Shown here: one piece after another, positions 29,661 through 40,807 of the stretch
Position numbering within the stretch: the stretch's first letter is position 1
Layout of the letters: every line of letters begins with the position of its first letter
Source of the DNA: Rickettsia typhi
Lineage (GTDB): Bacteria; Pseudomonadota; Alphaproteobacteria; Rickettsiales; UBA1997
Length of the DNA stretch: 64,000 bases
Assembly: GCA_945865905.1 (NCBI GenBank)
Contig: CAMBFC010000002.1
Span: 119,505 to 183,504 of the forward strand
Reading direction: 5' to 3'
Notes under the pieces: model-generated
Database searches by the model: none
What the model was told of the DNA's origin: nothing
What the model saw: only the letters and a program-made list of their open reading frames with translations
Made by a program: the position numbers and the translations under genes

Positions 29661-30779
29661 ATGGATGAAAAATTTATTAATATCGCACTTAATCTTGCCA
29701 AAAAAAACCTTGGCCTTACTGCGCCTAATCCCGTTGTTGGCTGCGTTATCGTAAAAGATGGCGTGATAATCGCTACTGGCGTTACCGCCCCTTCAGGTCG
29801 ACCTCATGCTGAAAATATCGCCATCAACAAAGTTAAAGACAAATCACATCTTGAAGGCGCAACACTTTATGTTACACTAGAGCCATGTTGCCATCTAGGC
29901 GCAACTGGCGCCTGCACTGATTTAATTATCGCTAGCAAAATCAAAAAAGTGGTGATTGCTTGTCAAGATCCCGATAAAAGGGTTAATGGTGGAGGCATTG
30001 CAAAACTGTGCCAAGCCTCTATTGATGTGGCTTGCGGCATTATCGAAAACGAAGCCCGCGAATTTAACAAGGCATTTTTTAAGCGACAAAAAACCGGCCT
30101 ACCTTATGTTACTCTAAAATTAGCAACAAGCTTAGATGGCAGAATCGCTACAAAAACTGGCGATAGCAAATGGATCACTGGTGAAAAATCACGACGCTAC
30201 GCCCATTATTTGCGCGCACAAAATGATGCAATAATAATTGGCGCCAACACTTTGCGCCAAGATAATCCAATGCTTGATTGCAGAATTAGTGGGCTCGAAG
30301 AATATTCTCCAACGCGAATCATCGTTGCAAATAATTTAGATTTTGATTGTGAGATGCAAATTTTTCAAACTGCTCACAAAATTAAAACTATCATTTTAAC
30401 CAATAAAATCAACGCCTCTGCGCAGGAAGAAAAAATCAATGAACTAAAAAAACTGGCTGTTGAATTTATTTTTTGCGAAGAAAATGTTGCAAAACATTAT
30501 GATAAAAATAACAAAATAGATCTGCGCCTAGCCTTGCACAAAATCGCTGAAAGCGGCATAAATTCTGTTCTGGTTGAAGGCGGAAAAAATCTCGCAACGC
30601 AATTTTTGCAAAAAGATTTAGTTGATGAATTAATCTGGATTAACGGTAATCAAATTATTGGTGAAGATGGCTTATCTGCGCTTGGAAATATTGGCGTAGA
30701 AAAAATAGGTGATGCGCTGCAATGGGTTGCAAATGGCGATTCGGATGGTTGTGCTAAATCTTATCGAAAACTGAGTTAA
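29661..30779 (+). CDS. ribD: Riboflavin biosynthesis deaminase/reductase
   Basis: PNPVVGCVIV, HAE, TLEPCCH, KLATSLDG, VLVEGG. Start taken at ATG 29661. Confidence 0.95.
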   Translation: MDEKFINIALNLAKKNLGLTAPNPVVGCVIVKDGVIIATGVTAPSGRPHAENIAINKVKDKSHLEGATLYVTLEPCCHLGATGACTDLIIASKIKKVVIACQDPDKRVNGGGIAKLCQASIDVACGIIENEAREFNKAFFKRQKTGLPYVTLKLATSLDGRIATKTGDSKWITGEKSRRYAHYLRAQNDAIIIGANTLRQDNPMLDCRISGLEEYSPTRIIVANNLDFDCEMQIFQTAHKIKTIILTNKINASAQEEKINELKKLAVEFIFCEENVAKHYDKNNKIDLRLALHKIAESGINSVLVEGGKNLATQFLQKDLVDELIWINGNQIIGEDGLSALGNIGVEKIGDALQWVANGDSDGCAKSYRKLS

Positions 30780-30922
30780 AAAAGATGGGGATGGAGTTTG
30801 GATTGGAGGCTCTGCTGCTCAGACACCGCGCTCATCTGATTTTTAAGCAAGCGTAGCTTGCGATGAGGCGCAGAACTCGCCTCATCGCCTCCAATCCAAA
30901 CTCCATCCCCATCTTTTTTAAC
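30775..30922. repeat. 148-bp palindromic element (MITE/RPE/REP-like), copy 1
   Basis: Perfect 36-bp inverted repeats at 30775-30810 and 30887-30922, enclosing three small hairpins. Confidence 0.85.
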
Positions 30923-30931
30923 GACCCACAC

Positions 30932-32101
30932 CTAAAGAATATCTCTATAAATCTTAATAGTCTCTTTACACATTTCTTGACTAGAAAAATGCTTCTCGAC
31001 ATTTTTTCTAGCATTATCAACAAGCTGCGCCTGTTTTTTCTCATTCATATTTAGCGCCTGATCAATTAAATTTGCCATTTTATCAACATCTCCAACATCA
31101 ACCAAAAAACCAGTTTTGCCATCAATAATGGTTTCTAGCGAACCACCAATATTAGTAGCGATGATAATTTTTTTCATTGCTTGTGCTTCAATGGCAATTC
31201 TGCCAAAAGCTTCAGCTCTAACACTAGCAGAAATTACTAAATTTGAAATTGCATAAGCAACTGGCATATCTTTGCAAATGCCAACAAATTTTGCCTTGCC
31301 GCCCAAATTTTGTGCAATGATTTTTTTTTCAATTTTTTTGCGAAAACTTTTGTGACCATGATCAGAGCCAACAAACACACAGAAAAATTCGCTTTTTACT
31401 TTTTCTAAAGCATTAATTAAAAATTCATGTCCTTTCCAAGATGTAATGCGAGCGGGAAATAAAATTATTTTTTTATCTTCGGGCAAATTCCATTTTTTGC
31501 TTAAATCAATTTTGCGAGCTAAAGAAATTGAATCAATGTTAAAGTAGCCAGTATCAACGCCTCTATGCACTACAGAAATTTTTTTGCTGAGATCATTTTT
31601 AATAAATGGCTGATAATTTTCTAGCACATAATTTTTGATAAATTCAGAAACCACAATAATGTGATCAGCCTTTAACATAAAAGAATTATAAAGCCTTTTT
31701 AGAATAAAATTTTTACAGAAAAATCCTTTTAAAGAATAATTGCCGTGAACTGTACTAATTAATTTTGTGCCTGTTTTTTTGCAAGCAAAATAGGCACTAA
31801 TCATTGGCGCTCTAGATCTAACATGCAATATATCAACTTTATATTTTTCGATTAATTCAACTATTTCATTGATGTTAAAAAAGATTCGCAGTGGATTTTT
31901 TGTTTTAACAAAAAGAGTAATATGCTGAATTTTTGCTTCACGCAATTGATATGTCATCAAGCCACCAGACGATACAACTATTGGCTCGAAACCATCTTGC
32001 TGCAAAGCCTTAGCAATATCAATTGTGCCGCGTTCAACCCCACCACTTTGCAAAGATGGCAAAATTTGCATTATAACCGTTTTTTTATTACCTCTGTTCA
32101 T
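30932..32101 (-). CDS. Glycosyltransferase family 4
   Basis: QILPSLQSGGVERGT, HVRSRAP, FPARITSWKGH, EAFGRIAIEAQAM. Start taken at ATG 32101. Confidence 0.9.
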   Translation of the reverse strand: MNRGNKKTVIMQILPSLQSGGVERGTIDIAKALQQDGFEPIVVSSGGLMTYQLREAKIQHITLFVKTKNPLRIFFNINEIVELIEKYKVDILHVRSRAPMISAYFACKKTGTKLISTVHGNYSLKGFFCKNFILKRLYNSFMLKADHIIVVSEFIKNYVLENYQPFIKNDLSKKISVVHRGVDTGYFNIDSISLARKIDLSKKWNLPEDKKIILFPARITSWKGHEFLINALEKVKSEFFCVFVGSDHGHKSFRKKIEKKIIAQNLGGKAKFVGICKDMPVAYAISNLVISASVRAEAFGRIAIEAQAMKKIIIATNIGGSLETIIDGKTGFLVDVGDVDKMANLIDQALNMNEKKQAQLVDNARKNVEKHFSSQEMCKETIKIYRDIL

Positions 32102-32102
32102 C

Positions 32103-33383
32103 TTATATAATTTTGCTGACAATTATTGTCTCATCACGCTTAGGGCCATTTGATAGAATTGCGATTTTTACTTCACATAATTCTTCAATTTTTTTCAAAT
32201 ATTTTTGTGCATTAATTGGCAAATCTGCAATAGCTTTTGCGGTAGAAGTTGATTGCATCCAGCCGTCAAATTCTTCGTAGATTGGTTCAATTTTTTCACA
32301 GAGATCAATGCTTTGGGGCAAGTATTCATAACGCTTGCCATCGATTTTATAGGCAACACAAATTTTAATTTTTGGCAATTTATCAAGAACATCTAACTTG
32401 GTAAGCGCAATTTCTTTTGCCGCAGAAAGTTTGATAACATGGCGCACTAATGCCGCATCAAACCAACCACAGCGGCGATTGCGACCAGTTACTGTTCCAA
32501 CTTCACCGCCTTCAATACGCAAAAATTCTCCTGTTGCATCTTCAAGTTCAGTAGGAAATGGGCCAGAACCCACGCGAGTTGTGTATGCTTTTAACACACC
32601 TAAAGTTTTTGTAAGTGCATCAGCACCAAGGCCACTTCCAAGAGCCACCTGCCCTGCCAGTGTATTTGAAGAAGTAACAAAAGGGAATGTTCCAAAATTA
32701 ACATCAAGCAATGCACCTTGCGCACCTTCAAACATCACATTTTTGCAAGCATATAATTTTTGAAAAATCTCATAGGCTGGCTTAACAAAAGGTGCGATCT
32801 GTTCTTTAATTTGCGATAATTCTGCCACTAATTCTGCAACATTTCGCACGGCAACGCCCAAACTTTTGCGCAATAAATTGTGATAAAATAATAGATTTTC
32901 TATGCGCTCTGGCAAAGTTTTTTCATCATATAAATCGCAAATTCTGATAGCGCGACGACCGGCCTTATCTTCATATGCAGGGCCGATTCCGCGACCTGTG
33001 GTGCCGATTTTTTTCTCACCTTTACTTTCTTCAAGAAATTGATCTAACTCGCGATGCACTGATAAAATCAAACAGCAATTATCTGCAATATTTAATTTTT
33101 GCGGAGAGATATTTATGCCCGCCTCACCAATTTTTTTGATTTCGCTAAATAACGCCACCGGATCAACAACTACGCCGCTTCCAATTACTGAAAATTTATC
33201 ACGAATAACACCAGAAGGCAACAAACTTAGCTTGTAAGTTTTATCACCAACTTTAATTGTGTGTCCAGCATTGTGCCCACCTTGAAAGCGAACTACCGCA
33301 TCAAACTGATCGGCCAAAAAATCCACGATTTTTCCTTTTCCTTCATCGCCCCATTGCAGGCCGACTATTGCGACATTAGCCAT
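32103..33383 (-). CDS. purA: Adenylosuccinate synthetase
   Basis: GLQWGDEGKGK, GGHNAGHT, EGAQG, GTVTGRNRRCGWFD. Confidence 0.98.
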   Translation of the reverse strand: MANVAIVGLQWGDEGKGKIVDFLADQFDAVVRFQGGHNAGHTIKVGDKTYKLSLLPSGVIRDKFSVIGSGVVVDPVALFSEIKKIGEAGINISPQKLNIADNCCLILSVHRELDQFLEESKGEKKIGTTGRGIGPAYEDKAGRRAIRICDLYDEKTLPERIENLLFYHNLLRKSLGVAVRNVAELVAELSQIKEQIAPFVKPAYEIFQKLYACKNVMFEGAQGALLDVNFGTFPFVTSSNTLAGQVALGSGLGADALTKTLGVLKAYTTRVGSGPFPTELEDATGEFLRIEGGEVGTVTGRNRRCGWFDAALVRHVIKLSAAKEIALTKLDVLDKLPKIKICVAYKIDGKRYEYLPQSIDLCEKIEPIYEEFDGWMQSTSTAKAIADLPINAQKYLKKIEELCEVKIAILSNGPKRDETIIVSKII

Positions 33384-33597
33384 TGTTTTTTGAGATTTTT
33401 TTTAAAATAGCAGGAGCCGTTTTTTGTAAAGTAAAATATTTGCTGCAATACGGGCAAATAACAAAATCATTTTTACCCATATCAAGATAAACCAAAGGGT
33501 GACCCGAGGCTACGCCCTTATCATCTCTAGTGCCATCACAAGCAACTTTTTTAGAGTTTGTGTGCAAAATTTCTAGTGGACTTGAAAAAGAAGTCAT
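33376..33597 (-). CDS. zf-CHCC zinc-finger protein (NDUFS6-like)
   Basis: VACDG...GHPLVYL...CPYC. Confidence 0.88.
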   Translation of the reverse strand: MTSFSSPLEILHTNSKKVACDGTRDDKGVASGHPLVYLDMGKNDFVICPYCSKYFTLQKTAPAILKKISKNNG

Positions 33598-33702
33598 GAA
33601 GAGAGTTGATTTTATACTGAAATAATATTTAATTCTTACGAAAAATGTCCTGCGATTAATTTATCTTCTGGCAAATTCTATTTCAAGCACGAAATCAAAC
33701 AT

Positions 33703-35547
33703 ATGCAAATAAACCAAAGATTTAAAATTATATTGGCCTTATTTTTAGCTTCGTTCTTGCTGATTGGCAAAGTTGAAGCAGCAAATAGCGAGTGGAAAAA
33801 TGCCCTTGAAAGCAATAGTGGTGCTAAAGTCAGAGTTTTATCAAGCTTTTATACTGATGATAAACAGCAAAAAAACTTAATACTAGGCCTGCAAATAAAC
33901 ATTAAAGGTGGCTGGCATGTTTATGGCAATGATTCTGGCGGCATCGGAATGCCTCCAAGTGTTGATTTTGCAGGTTCTTCAAACTATAAGCAACACCAAA
34001 TCTTTTGGCCACAAGCAATATCAAAGGAAGAAAAAATTGGCGCCGAAACAATAAAATACAGTGTTTATGAAGATGAAGTTATTTTGCCGATAGAAATTGT
34101 TCTCAAAAATAACGACCAACCAACTCAATTAAAATTAAAATTACAATATGGATTATGCAAAGATATTTGCATCCCTGCTAGCGCTGAGTTTGTGCTTGAT
34201 ATTGAAAATAAAGAAGATGCGGATTCTTTAAAAATGATTCAAAAATTTATTGATAAAAAAATTATCTTTGAAAATGAAGGCGACAAGATCGCAGAACAAT
34301 CTGCAGAAAAAAATTCTCAGTTGGCGACAATCACTTTACTTCCCGCACTTTTAGCAGCTTTTCTTGGTGGCTTAATTTTAAACATCATGCCTTGCGTGCT
34401 GCCAGTTCTTGGCATCAAATTAATGTCGGTGATTAAATGTCAAGAATCAAAAACTTCACGCATTCGCTTCGCTTTTTTTGCAACAACTCTTGGAATCATT
34501 TCTTGCTTTGCGGTTTTTGCAGTTTTTGCCATCATAATCATGCTTACGGGCAATATTTTTAATTGGGGATTGCAATTTCAAAATCCTTATTTTTTGATCT
34601 TTTTGATCATGATTTTACTTGGTTTTGCCGCCAATATGATTGGAATGTTTGATATAACTTTTGATCAATTTGCCTCAAACTTTATTAACAAAAAAATCAC
34701 TGAAAAAGAATCCGATAAAAGAAATATTTTTATGCCAAATTTTCTTTCAGGAATTTTAGCAGTATTGCTTGCAACCCCTTGCTCAGCGCCGTTTCTTGGC
34801 TCGGCCATTTCATTTTCAATAACGCAAAGCAGTCCAGTTATTATACTTGTTTTTTTGACAATGGGCTTGGGTTTGGCGTTGCCTTATATCATTATGATTA
34901 TCTCGCCAAAAATAGTTTATCTATTGCCAAAACCAGGAAACTGGATGCTTCGCATTAAAAATTTAATGACGATATTTTTGATCGCCACAATAGCTTGGTT
35001 AATTTATGTTCTTGCCAACAATATCGGCAATGCCGCAGCAGCAATAGCAGCAATAGCCAGCGTATTATTTTTTACTTGCTTCAAAATCAAAATAAAATCT
35101 CTTCAAATTATTTCTTTTGCCTTGCTAGCAATAACGATGATTATTCTGCCGCAAGTCTTTCAGGGCTTTAAAAAAGCTCGCCATCCCGCTGATGCGCTTT
35201 GGATACAATTTAACGAAGAAGGTCTTCATGCTTTGGTTGCAAATGGCCAAACCGTAGTGGTTGATGTTACTGCTGATTGGTGCATCACTTGCAAATTTAA
35301 CAAGCTTCGTGTTTTTCATGATACAGAAGTTGTTGATCATTTGCGCGATAACAATATAGTAGCGATGCGTGCTGATATAACTAAGCCCGATGAGACAGTT
35401 TTAACATTCATTCACAAAAAAGGTCGCTATGCCATTCCATTTAATGCAGTTTACGGCCCCAATGCTCCGGATGGTTTATTGACCAACGAATTATTAAACA
35501 AAAAAGAATTATTTGAGTTAATCGATAAAGCTTCAACCAAAAAATAA
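33703..35547 (+). CDS. dsbD: DsbD-family thiol:disulfide interchange protein
   Basis: [48 protein letters not shown]. Confidence 0.9.
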   Translation: MQINQRFKIILALFLASFLLIGKVEAANSEWKNALESNSGAKVRVLSSFYTDDKQQKNLILGLQINIKGGWHVYGNDSGGIGMPPSVDFAGSSNYKQHQIFWPQAISKEEKIGAETIKYSVYEDEVILPIEIVLKNNDQPTQLKLKLQYGLCKDICIPASAEFVLDIENKEDADSLKMIQKFIDKKIIFENEGDKIAEQSAEKNSQLATITLLPALLAAFLGGLILNIMPCVLPVLGIKLMSVIKCQESKTSRIRFAFFATTLGIISCFAVFAVFAIIIMLTGNIFNWGLQFQNPYFLIFLIMILLGFAANMIGMFDITFDQFASNFINKKITEKESDKRNIFMPNFLSGILAVLLATPCSAPFLGSAISFSITQSSPVIILVFLTMGLGLALPYIIMIISPKIVYLLPKPGNWMLRIKNLMTIFLIATIAWLIYVLANNIGNAAAAIAAIASVLFFTCFKIKIKSLQIISFALLAITMIILPQVFQGFKKARHPADALWIQFNEEGLHALVANGQTVVVDVTADWCITCKFNKLRVFHDTEVVDHLRDNNIVAMRADITKPDETVLTFIHKKGRYAIPFNAVYGPNAPDGLLTNELLNKKELFELIDKASTKK

Positions 35548-35549
35548 CA

Positions 35550-37013
35550 ATGTCAGATATTACAAAATTATCCATCAAGCAAAGTCTTGAAGGCCTTAAA
35601 AATAAACAGTTCAGCGCCGTTGAATTAACTTCGGCCTATATTAAAAATATTGAAAATAACCGTCGCTTAAATGCATTTATTACTGATAGTTTTGATACTG
35701 CTTTAGTACAAGCAAAACAATCTGATACAAACATTGCAAATGGCGTATTTCGTGATCTTGAAGGCATTCCACTTGGCATAAAAGATTTATTTTGTACCAA
35801 AAATATTCGCACCACTGCTGCCTCAAAAATGTTGGCAGATTTTGTGCCAACTTATGAATCAACCGTTACACAAAAACTTCTAGATGCAGGCGCATCAACG
35901 CTTGGCAAGCTTAATATGGATGAATTTGCGATGGGATCATCCAGTGCTACCAGTTTTTTTGGCCCAACAATTAATCCTTACAAAGCTAATAATTCAGATG
36001 AAGATCTAGTGCCGGGAGGCAGTTCTGGTGGTTCTGCGGCTGCAGTTGCTGCAAATTTATGCGCGGGGGCCACTGGCTCCGATACAGGCGGCTCTATACG
36101 CCAACCCGCATCATTCACTAACACCGTTGGCATAAAACCTACTTATGGCCGCTGCTCGCGCTATGGCATGGTTGCCTTTTCAAGCTCGCTAGATCAAGCC
36201 GGAATCTTTGCTAAAGATGTTTATGATGCTGCGCTTTTACAAAGAATAATCTCTGGTTTTGATATCAAAGATTCTACCTCAAAAAACATTGCGGTGCCAC
36301 AATTTGAAAAGCTTCTCACCCCTAACATTAAAGGTAAAAAAATCGGTATACCAAAAGAATATCGCGTTGATGGAATGCCTGCAGAAATAGAAAAACTATG
36401 GGATCAAGGCGCTACAATGCTCAAAGATCACGGCGCAGAAATTGTCGAAATTTCACTACCCCACACTAAATTTGCCCCTGCAGTTTATTATGTTTTGGCC
36501 TCTGCTGAATGCTCATCAAACCTTGCTCGCTTTGATGGCGTGCGCTATGGCTATCGCTGCAAAGATGATGGCTTATCACTCAATGAAATGTATGCCAGAA
36601 CCCGCGCTGAAGGCTTTGGCAATGAAGTAAAAAAACGCATTTTGGTTGGCACTTATGTTTTATCATCAGGATATTATGATGCTTATTACAAAAAAGCCCT
36701 GCGCGTGCGCAATTTAATCGCTCAAGATTTTAAAAATGTCTTTGGCAAAATTGATGCAATACTTGCTCCAACTACTCCCAACGCAGCTTTTCCGCTTTCG
36801 CAAACAAAAAATCCTGATCCGATAAAAATGTATCTTAATGATGTATTTACAATTCCGGCAAGTTTAGCGGGATTACCAACGATGTCTGTGCCAGCTGGCC
36901 TTAATGAGCAAGGTCTTCCAATGGGATTGCAAATTATCACTAATATTTTTGACGAACAAACCATGCTAAATATGGCATTGGCAATTGAAGAAACCGTCAA
37001 ATGCGCAAAATAA
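35550..37013 (+). CDS. gatA: Asp/Glu-tRNA amidotransferase subunit A
   Basis: [41 protein letters not shown]. Confidence 0.98.
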   Translation: MSDITKLSIKQSLEGLKNKQFSAVELTSAYIKNIENNRRLNAFITDSFDTALVQAKQSDTNIANGVFRDLEGIPLGIKDLFCTKNIRTTAASKMLADFVPTYESTVTQKLLDAGASTLGKLNMDEFAMGSSSATSFFGPTINPYKANNSDEDLVPGGSSGGSAAAVAANLCAGATGSDTGGSIRQPASFTNTVGIKPTYGRCSRYGMVAFSSSLDQAGIFAKDVYDAALLQRIISGFDIKDSTSKNIAVPQFEKLLTPNIKGKKIGIPKEYRVDGMPAEIEKLWDQGATMLKDHGAEIVEISLPHTKFAPAVYYVLASAECSSNLARFDGVRYGYRCKDDGLSLNEMYARTRAEGFGNEVKKRILVGTYVLSSGYYDAYYKKALRVRNLIAQDFKNVFGKIDAILAPTTPNAAFPLSQTKNPDPIKMYLNDVFTIPASLAGLPTMSVPAGLNEQGLPMGLQIITNIFDEQTMLNMALAIEETVKCAK

Positions 37014-38695
37014 TTAATATTCTCAATAAAGGTTTTGGTGCTGATTTATTGGCAATCATAGCTCTTGTTGGATCAATATTAACTGCACAATATATCGCCG
37101 CCGCTTTATTGGTTTTTATGCTGCTTAGCGGCAAAGCTCTCGAAAAATACGCTTCACGCAAAGCCTCTTCTGTGCTTGAGGCTCTAGCAAAAAGGGTTCC
37201 ATCAATTGCCCATCTGCGCAACAAAAACATTATCACCGAAATCGCCATTACTAAAATTGTTATTGGCGATGAAATCGTCATCTATCCCCACGAAACCTGC
37301 CCCGTTGATGGCAGCATCATTGAAGGCAGCGGCACAATGGATGAATCTTATCTTACTGGCGAACCTTACCAAATTTTAAAAACCGTTGGATCGCTTGTGC
37401 TATCTGGCGCCATCAATGGTGATAGCGTCATCGTGATTCGCGCCGAAAAACTGGCGCAAGATTCACGCTACGCCAAAATTATGGAAGTAATGAAAGAGGC
37501 CGAAGAACGCCGCCCCCACTTGATGCGCCTCGCTGATGAAATCGGTGCAATCTTCGCTCCAATCGCATTAATTTTTGCCGCCGCCACTTGGTATTTTAGC
37601 GGCGATGTTTTGCGGTTCATCGCTGTGCTTACAGTGGCAACGCCTTGCCCGCTATTGATCGCCATTCCAATTACTGTTATTGGCGCGATTTCTTTAGCAG
37701 CAAAAAATGGTATTATTATCAAAGATCCAACCGCGCTAGAACGCCTACCCACCTGCTCCACCGCGATTTTTGATAAAACCGGCACGCTAACTTATGGCGA
37801 ACCAAAATTAACTGAAATCATTGTCGCTCAAGGCTTCGCAGCCAATGATATTTTGCAAAAAACCGCCAGCTTAGAACGCTATTCGCGCCACCCATTAGCC
37901 ATTGCAATCAAAAATGCATTAGAAGAAGAAAAGCTAGAATTATTAGAAGCCACCGAGGTATCAGAGCGCTCTGGGCAAGGCTTGCGCGGCATTGTCTCTG
38001 GCCAAGAAATAATGATCACCAGCCGCAATAAAGTTCTAAAACAAGATCCACAACTAGCCTCAATCATTGCGGTTAGCGGCTCTGGCCTAGAATGTATAAT
38101 TATGATTGATCAAAAATATGCCGCAACTTTAAGATTTCACGATGCTCCGCGAGCAGACAGCCATTCATTTATCAACCATTTAGGACCTGAGCATAATTTT
38201 AAAAAAGTGATTTTACTTTCTGGCGATAGAGAGTCAGAAGTCAATTATCTAGGGGCTTTGCTCGATATAAAACAAACTTACGCCTCGCAAAGCCCTGAAC
38301 AAAAACTTGAGTTTGTTAAAAATGAAACCGCCCTTGCCCCTACTCTATTCATGGGTGATGGCATTAATGATGCACCAGCACTAACTGCCGCAACTGTTGG
38401 CCTTGCCTTTGGGCAACATAACAACATCACCTCTGCAGCCGCTGGCGCTGTGATTCTAGAGAATACTCTAACTAAAGTTGATGAGTTAATTCATATTAGT
38501 ATTGCGATGCGAAAAATCGCCCTGCAAAGTGCTGGGGGAGGAATGCTATTAAGTTTAGTGGGTATGGGTTTCGCCGCCGCAGGAATGTTATCACCCGCTC
38601 AAGGTGCGCTGTTGCAAGAAATTATTGATGTAGTCGCAATTTTAAATGCGCTGAGGATTACTTGGAGTGTGAAGGTTGTTAGTGATGTAAAATAG
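37001..38695 (+). CDS. Heavy-metal P1B-type ATPase (P1B-5-like), apparently lacking the first TM segments
   Basis: [34 protein letters not shown] in the last TM. Confidence 0.85.
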   Translation: MRKIINILNKGFGADLLAIIALVGSILTAQYIAAALLVFMLLSGKALEKYASRKASSVLEALAKRVPSIAHLRNKNIITEIAITKIVIGDEIVIYPHETCPVDGSIIEGSGTMDESYLTGEPYQILKTVGSLVLSGAINGDSVIVIRAEKLAQDSRYAKIMEVMKEAEERRPHLMRLADEIGAIFAPIALIFAAATWYFSGDVLRFIAVLTVATPCPLLIAIPITVIGAISLAAKNGIIIKDPTALERLPTCSTAIFDKTGTLTYGEPKLTEIIVAQGFAANDILQKTASLERYSRHPLAIAIKNALEEEKLELLEATEVSERSGQGLRGIVSGQEIMITSRNKVLKQDPQLASIIAVSGSGLECIIMIDQKYAATLRFHDAPRADSHSFINHLGPEHNFKKVILLSGDRESEVNYLGALLDIKQTYASQSPEQKLEFVKNETALAPTLFMGDGINDAPALTAATVGLAFGQHNNITSAAAGAVILENTLTKVDELIHISIAMRKIALQSAGGGMLLSLVGMGFAAAGMLSPAQGALLQEIIDVVAILNALRITWSVKVVSDVK

Positions 38696-38696
38696 G

Positions 38697-38723
38697 GGAA
38701 TGGTTGCGGGGGCTGGATTTGAA
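38697..38723. repeat. att direct repeat: copy of the tRNA-fMet 3' end
   Basis: ggaatggttgcgggggctggatttgaa, identical to 42727-42753. Confidence 0.93.
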
Positions 38724-38962
38724 ATGGGCTCGTTAGGCCTTGATATTGCTGGATCTGAATTTTGGCTGTACATGGTTTTGTGCATTAAAAATTCTTAACT
38801 TCTCATTTAGCGGGTTTAAATTTGGCTTCAGTTATAAATAAAATATTAGCCCGAGTTTGATTTATGGTTTGTAAAAAGAGTGCACCTTAATTTGCTTCTT
38901 AAATATTTTTAACAATTGATTTATGGTAAGTTTTTAGATAACATCCCCTATTCAGTATCAAT

Positions 38963-39949
38963 TTAAACTATTGCAGATGGATAAGGTTTATAACTATACT
39001 GACAACCACTTTTCTTTAGGCTATCTAAAAAATCAGAAAATTTCTCATCAATATTAACTTTATTAGGTTTGATTAGTGGGATAATTTCAGCAAATTTTAC
39101 CCAGCTTGAACCAGCGATTTTGGCAAACACTGTATTGATTTTTTTTATGTCCTCACCGACCTCAATTTCCAATACTCCATGATAAAATTTTAACCAGATC
39201 CAACCATTAACATAGCTATCTCTAAAAATTCTGGAATTCTTAAAGTCCTCCATGGAAACATAATCAGCAGCGTACAAAAAAATACTGGCATTAAAAATTA
39301 TCTCAATATCACTAAAATCATCACTATTTTCTGATGACGACTTGTAATCATTATAGTCATCAGATAATAACCCAGCACTACTAATATAAGTGGCAATCTC
39401 CTCCACAAATTTCAAATCTTTACTGCTTATCTTGCTTAATGCATCTATCGTAATTAAAGAAAAAGACCCTTTATTAACTATCTCTCCCGCCATTAATTTA
39501 GCCCAAAAATCACGAACATCCTCATCTGAAATATTTTTTATTTTGTCAAGAATTGTTAAAAATTTTGTGCTGCCAAAATTAGGTATATCGCAATCCTCTT
39601 CAATTTGCTTTACAGCCTTAATTACCACACTTGTCATATTCAGGGATTGCTGCCTTCTTATGCCTTCTATTGTATGTTCTTCGATTTTGCTGCATGCATC
39701 AAATATGGATAAGCCCTGAGAAAGAGAGACTTTTAAAAAAGCCTGAATAATCTTTTTATTGCGCTCAGAATTATCCGTCTTGTTTTTAAGAAGCAAAGAT
39801 TCAGCTACGACTTCTAAATCACTTTCGCTTGGATCAATAGGGCCTCTAAGTTCCGCAGAAAATTTGCCCCATGCAATTTTTTTAATTTTATAAAATATTT
39901 TAGGAATATTTCCAATTAAATTGAAAAATTTTTTTATATATTTATTCAT
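38963..39949 (-). CDS. DUF2806-like protein
   Basis: RRQQSLNM, NISDEDVRDFWAKLMAGEIVNKGSFSLITIDAL resemble the DUF2806 core as I recall it. Confidence 0.65.
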   Translation of the reverse strand: MNKYIKKFFNLIGNIPKIFYKIKKIAWGKFSAELRGPIDPSESDLEVVAESLLLKNKTDNSERNKKIIQAFLKVSLSQGLSIFDACSKIEEHTIEGIRRQQSLNMTSVVIKAVKQIEEDCDIPNFGSTKFLTILDKIKNISDEDVRDFWAKLMAGEIVNKGSFSLITIDALSKISSKDLKFVEEIATYISSAGLLSDDYNDYKSSSENSDDFSDIEIIFNASIFLYAADYVSMEDFKNSRIFRDSYVNGWIWLKFYHGVLEIEVGEDIKKINTVFAKIAGSSWVKFAEIIPLIKPNKVNIDEKFSDFLDSLKKSGCQYSYKPYPSAIV

Positions 39950-39968
39950 AATTCGATCGCAAAAATGT

Positions 39969-40637
39969 TTAGTTACTTTTTTTCCATCTCACAAACTCAT
40001 CAGCATTTGAAAAAATCTCTTTTAATATTTCAGCAGATTTTTTTATCCCGCCCCAATATTCAAAATTAGTTTTTTCATCAGGATGCTCCTGATGATGACC
40101 TCTTATCGCCATTCCAAGAGGATAATCATCTAACTCAATTTCAATATCATTTCTTAGTCTGTAAATTAATTCCTGTATATGACTTAACTCCTTACTAGTA
40201 TATGATTTTACAACTTTTTTCTGATCTTTCTCCCTTATTTTTTCAGAAGAAAGATTTCCCTCTTTCTTCTTGGGAGTTCCTAATATCAAATATCGGGTTG
40301 ATTCGTTATATTTGGAGTATTCTTCCAAATGCTTAATTTTATCTTTTTTATAAAAATTATATTTTTCTTCATTTGGTAATCGTAGAGCAAGTTCTTTTAA
40401 ATTATGACCCCAATGTGGTATATAAGGGTTTCCGGCACTATTTTTTGGCAAATGATCATTTTTATATTCTTGATCTGTATCAATTAATAAAACTTTTAAA
40501 TATTTTTCTATTGCTTGAGCAAAATGATAGTAGGACGGTAAATGAAGATGATATTTCCACAAAACCGCTGCAGCGAGCAAATCATTGTCCGCATCAAATA
40601 TTAGAGTAAGTTTGTTAGATGGTCTATTTTTTGTCAT
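39969..40637 (-). CDS. HEPN-domain protein
   Basis: YHFAQAIEKYLK, GHNLKEL, TRY are classical HEPN signatures; an RGHHQEH (Rx5H) lies near the C-terminus. Confidence 0.7.
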   Translation of the reverse strand: MTKNRPSNKLTLIFDADNDLLAAAVLWKYHLHLPSYYHFAQAIEKYLKVLLIDTDQEYKNDHLPKNSAGNPYIPHWGHNLKELALRLPNEEKYNFYKKDKIKHLEEYSKYNESTRYLILGTPKKKEGNLSSEKIREKDQKKVVKSYTSKELSHIQELIYRLRNDIEIELDDYPLGMAIRGHHQEHPDEKTNFEYWGGIKKSAEILKEIFSNADEFVRWKKSN

Positions 40638-40807
40638 AACTATATTTTTGTTAAAAATCTACAGAGCCATTGTGCTCAAACAGTCAGATGAAAATTATGG
40701 AAAGCGTCATTGGAACAACTAACATAATGGTATCAATTATCATCAATTTAAGGATATAACTGATACAATAATATCTTTTATTACCGATAGTTATACCTAC
40801 CTGATAA

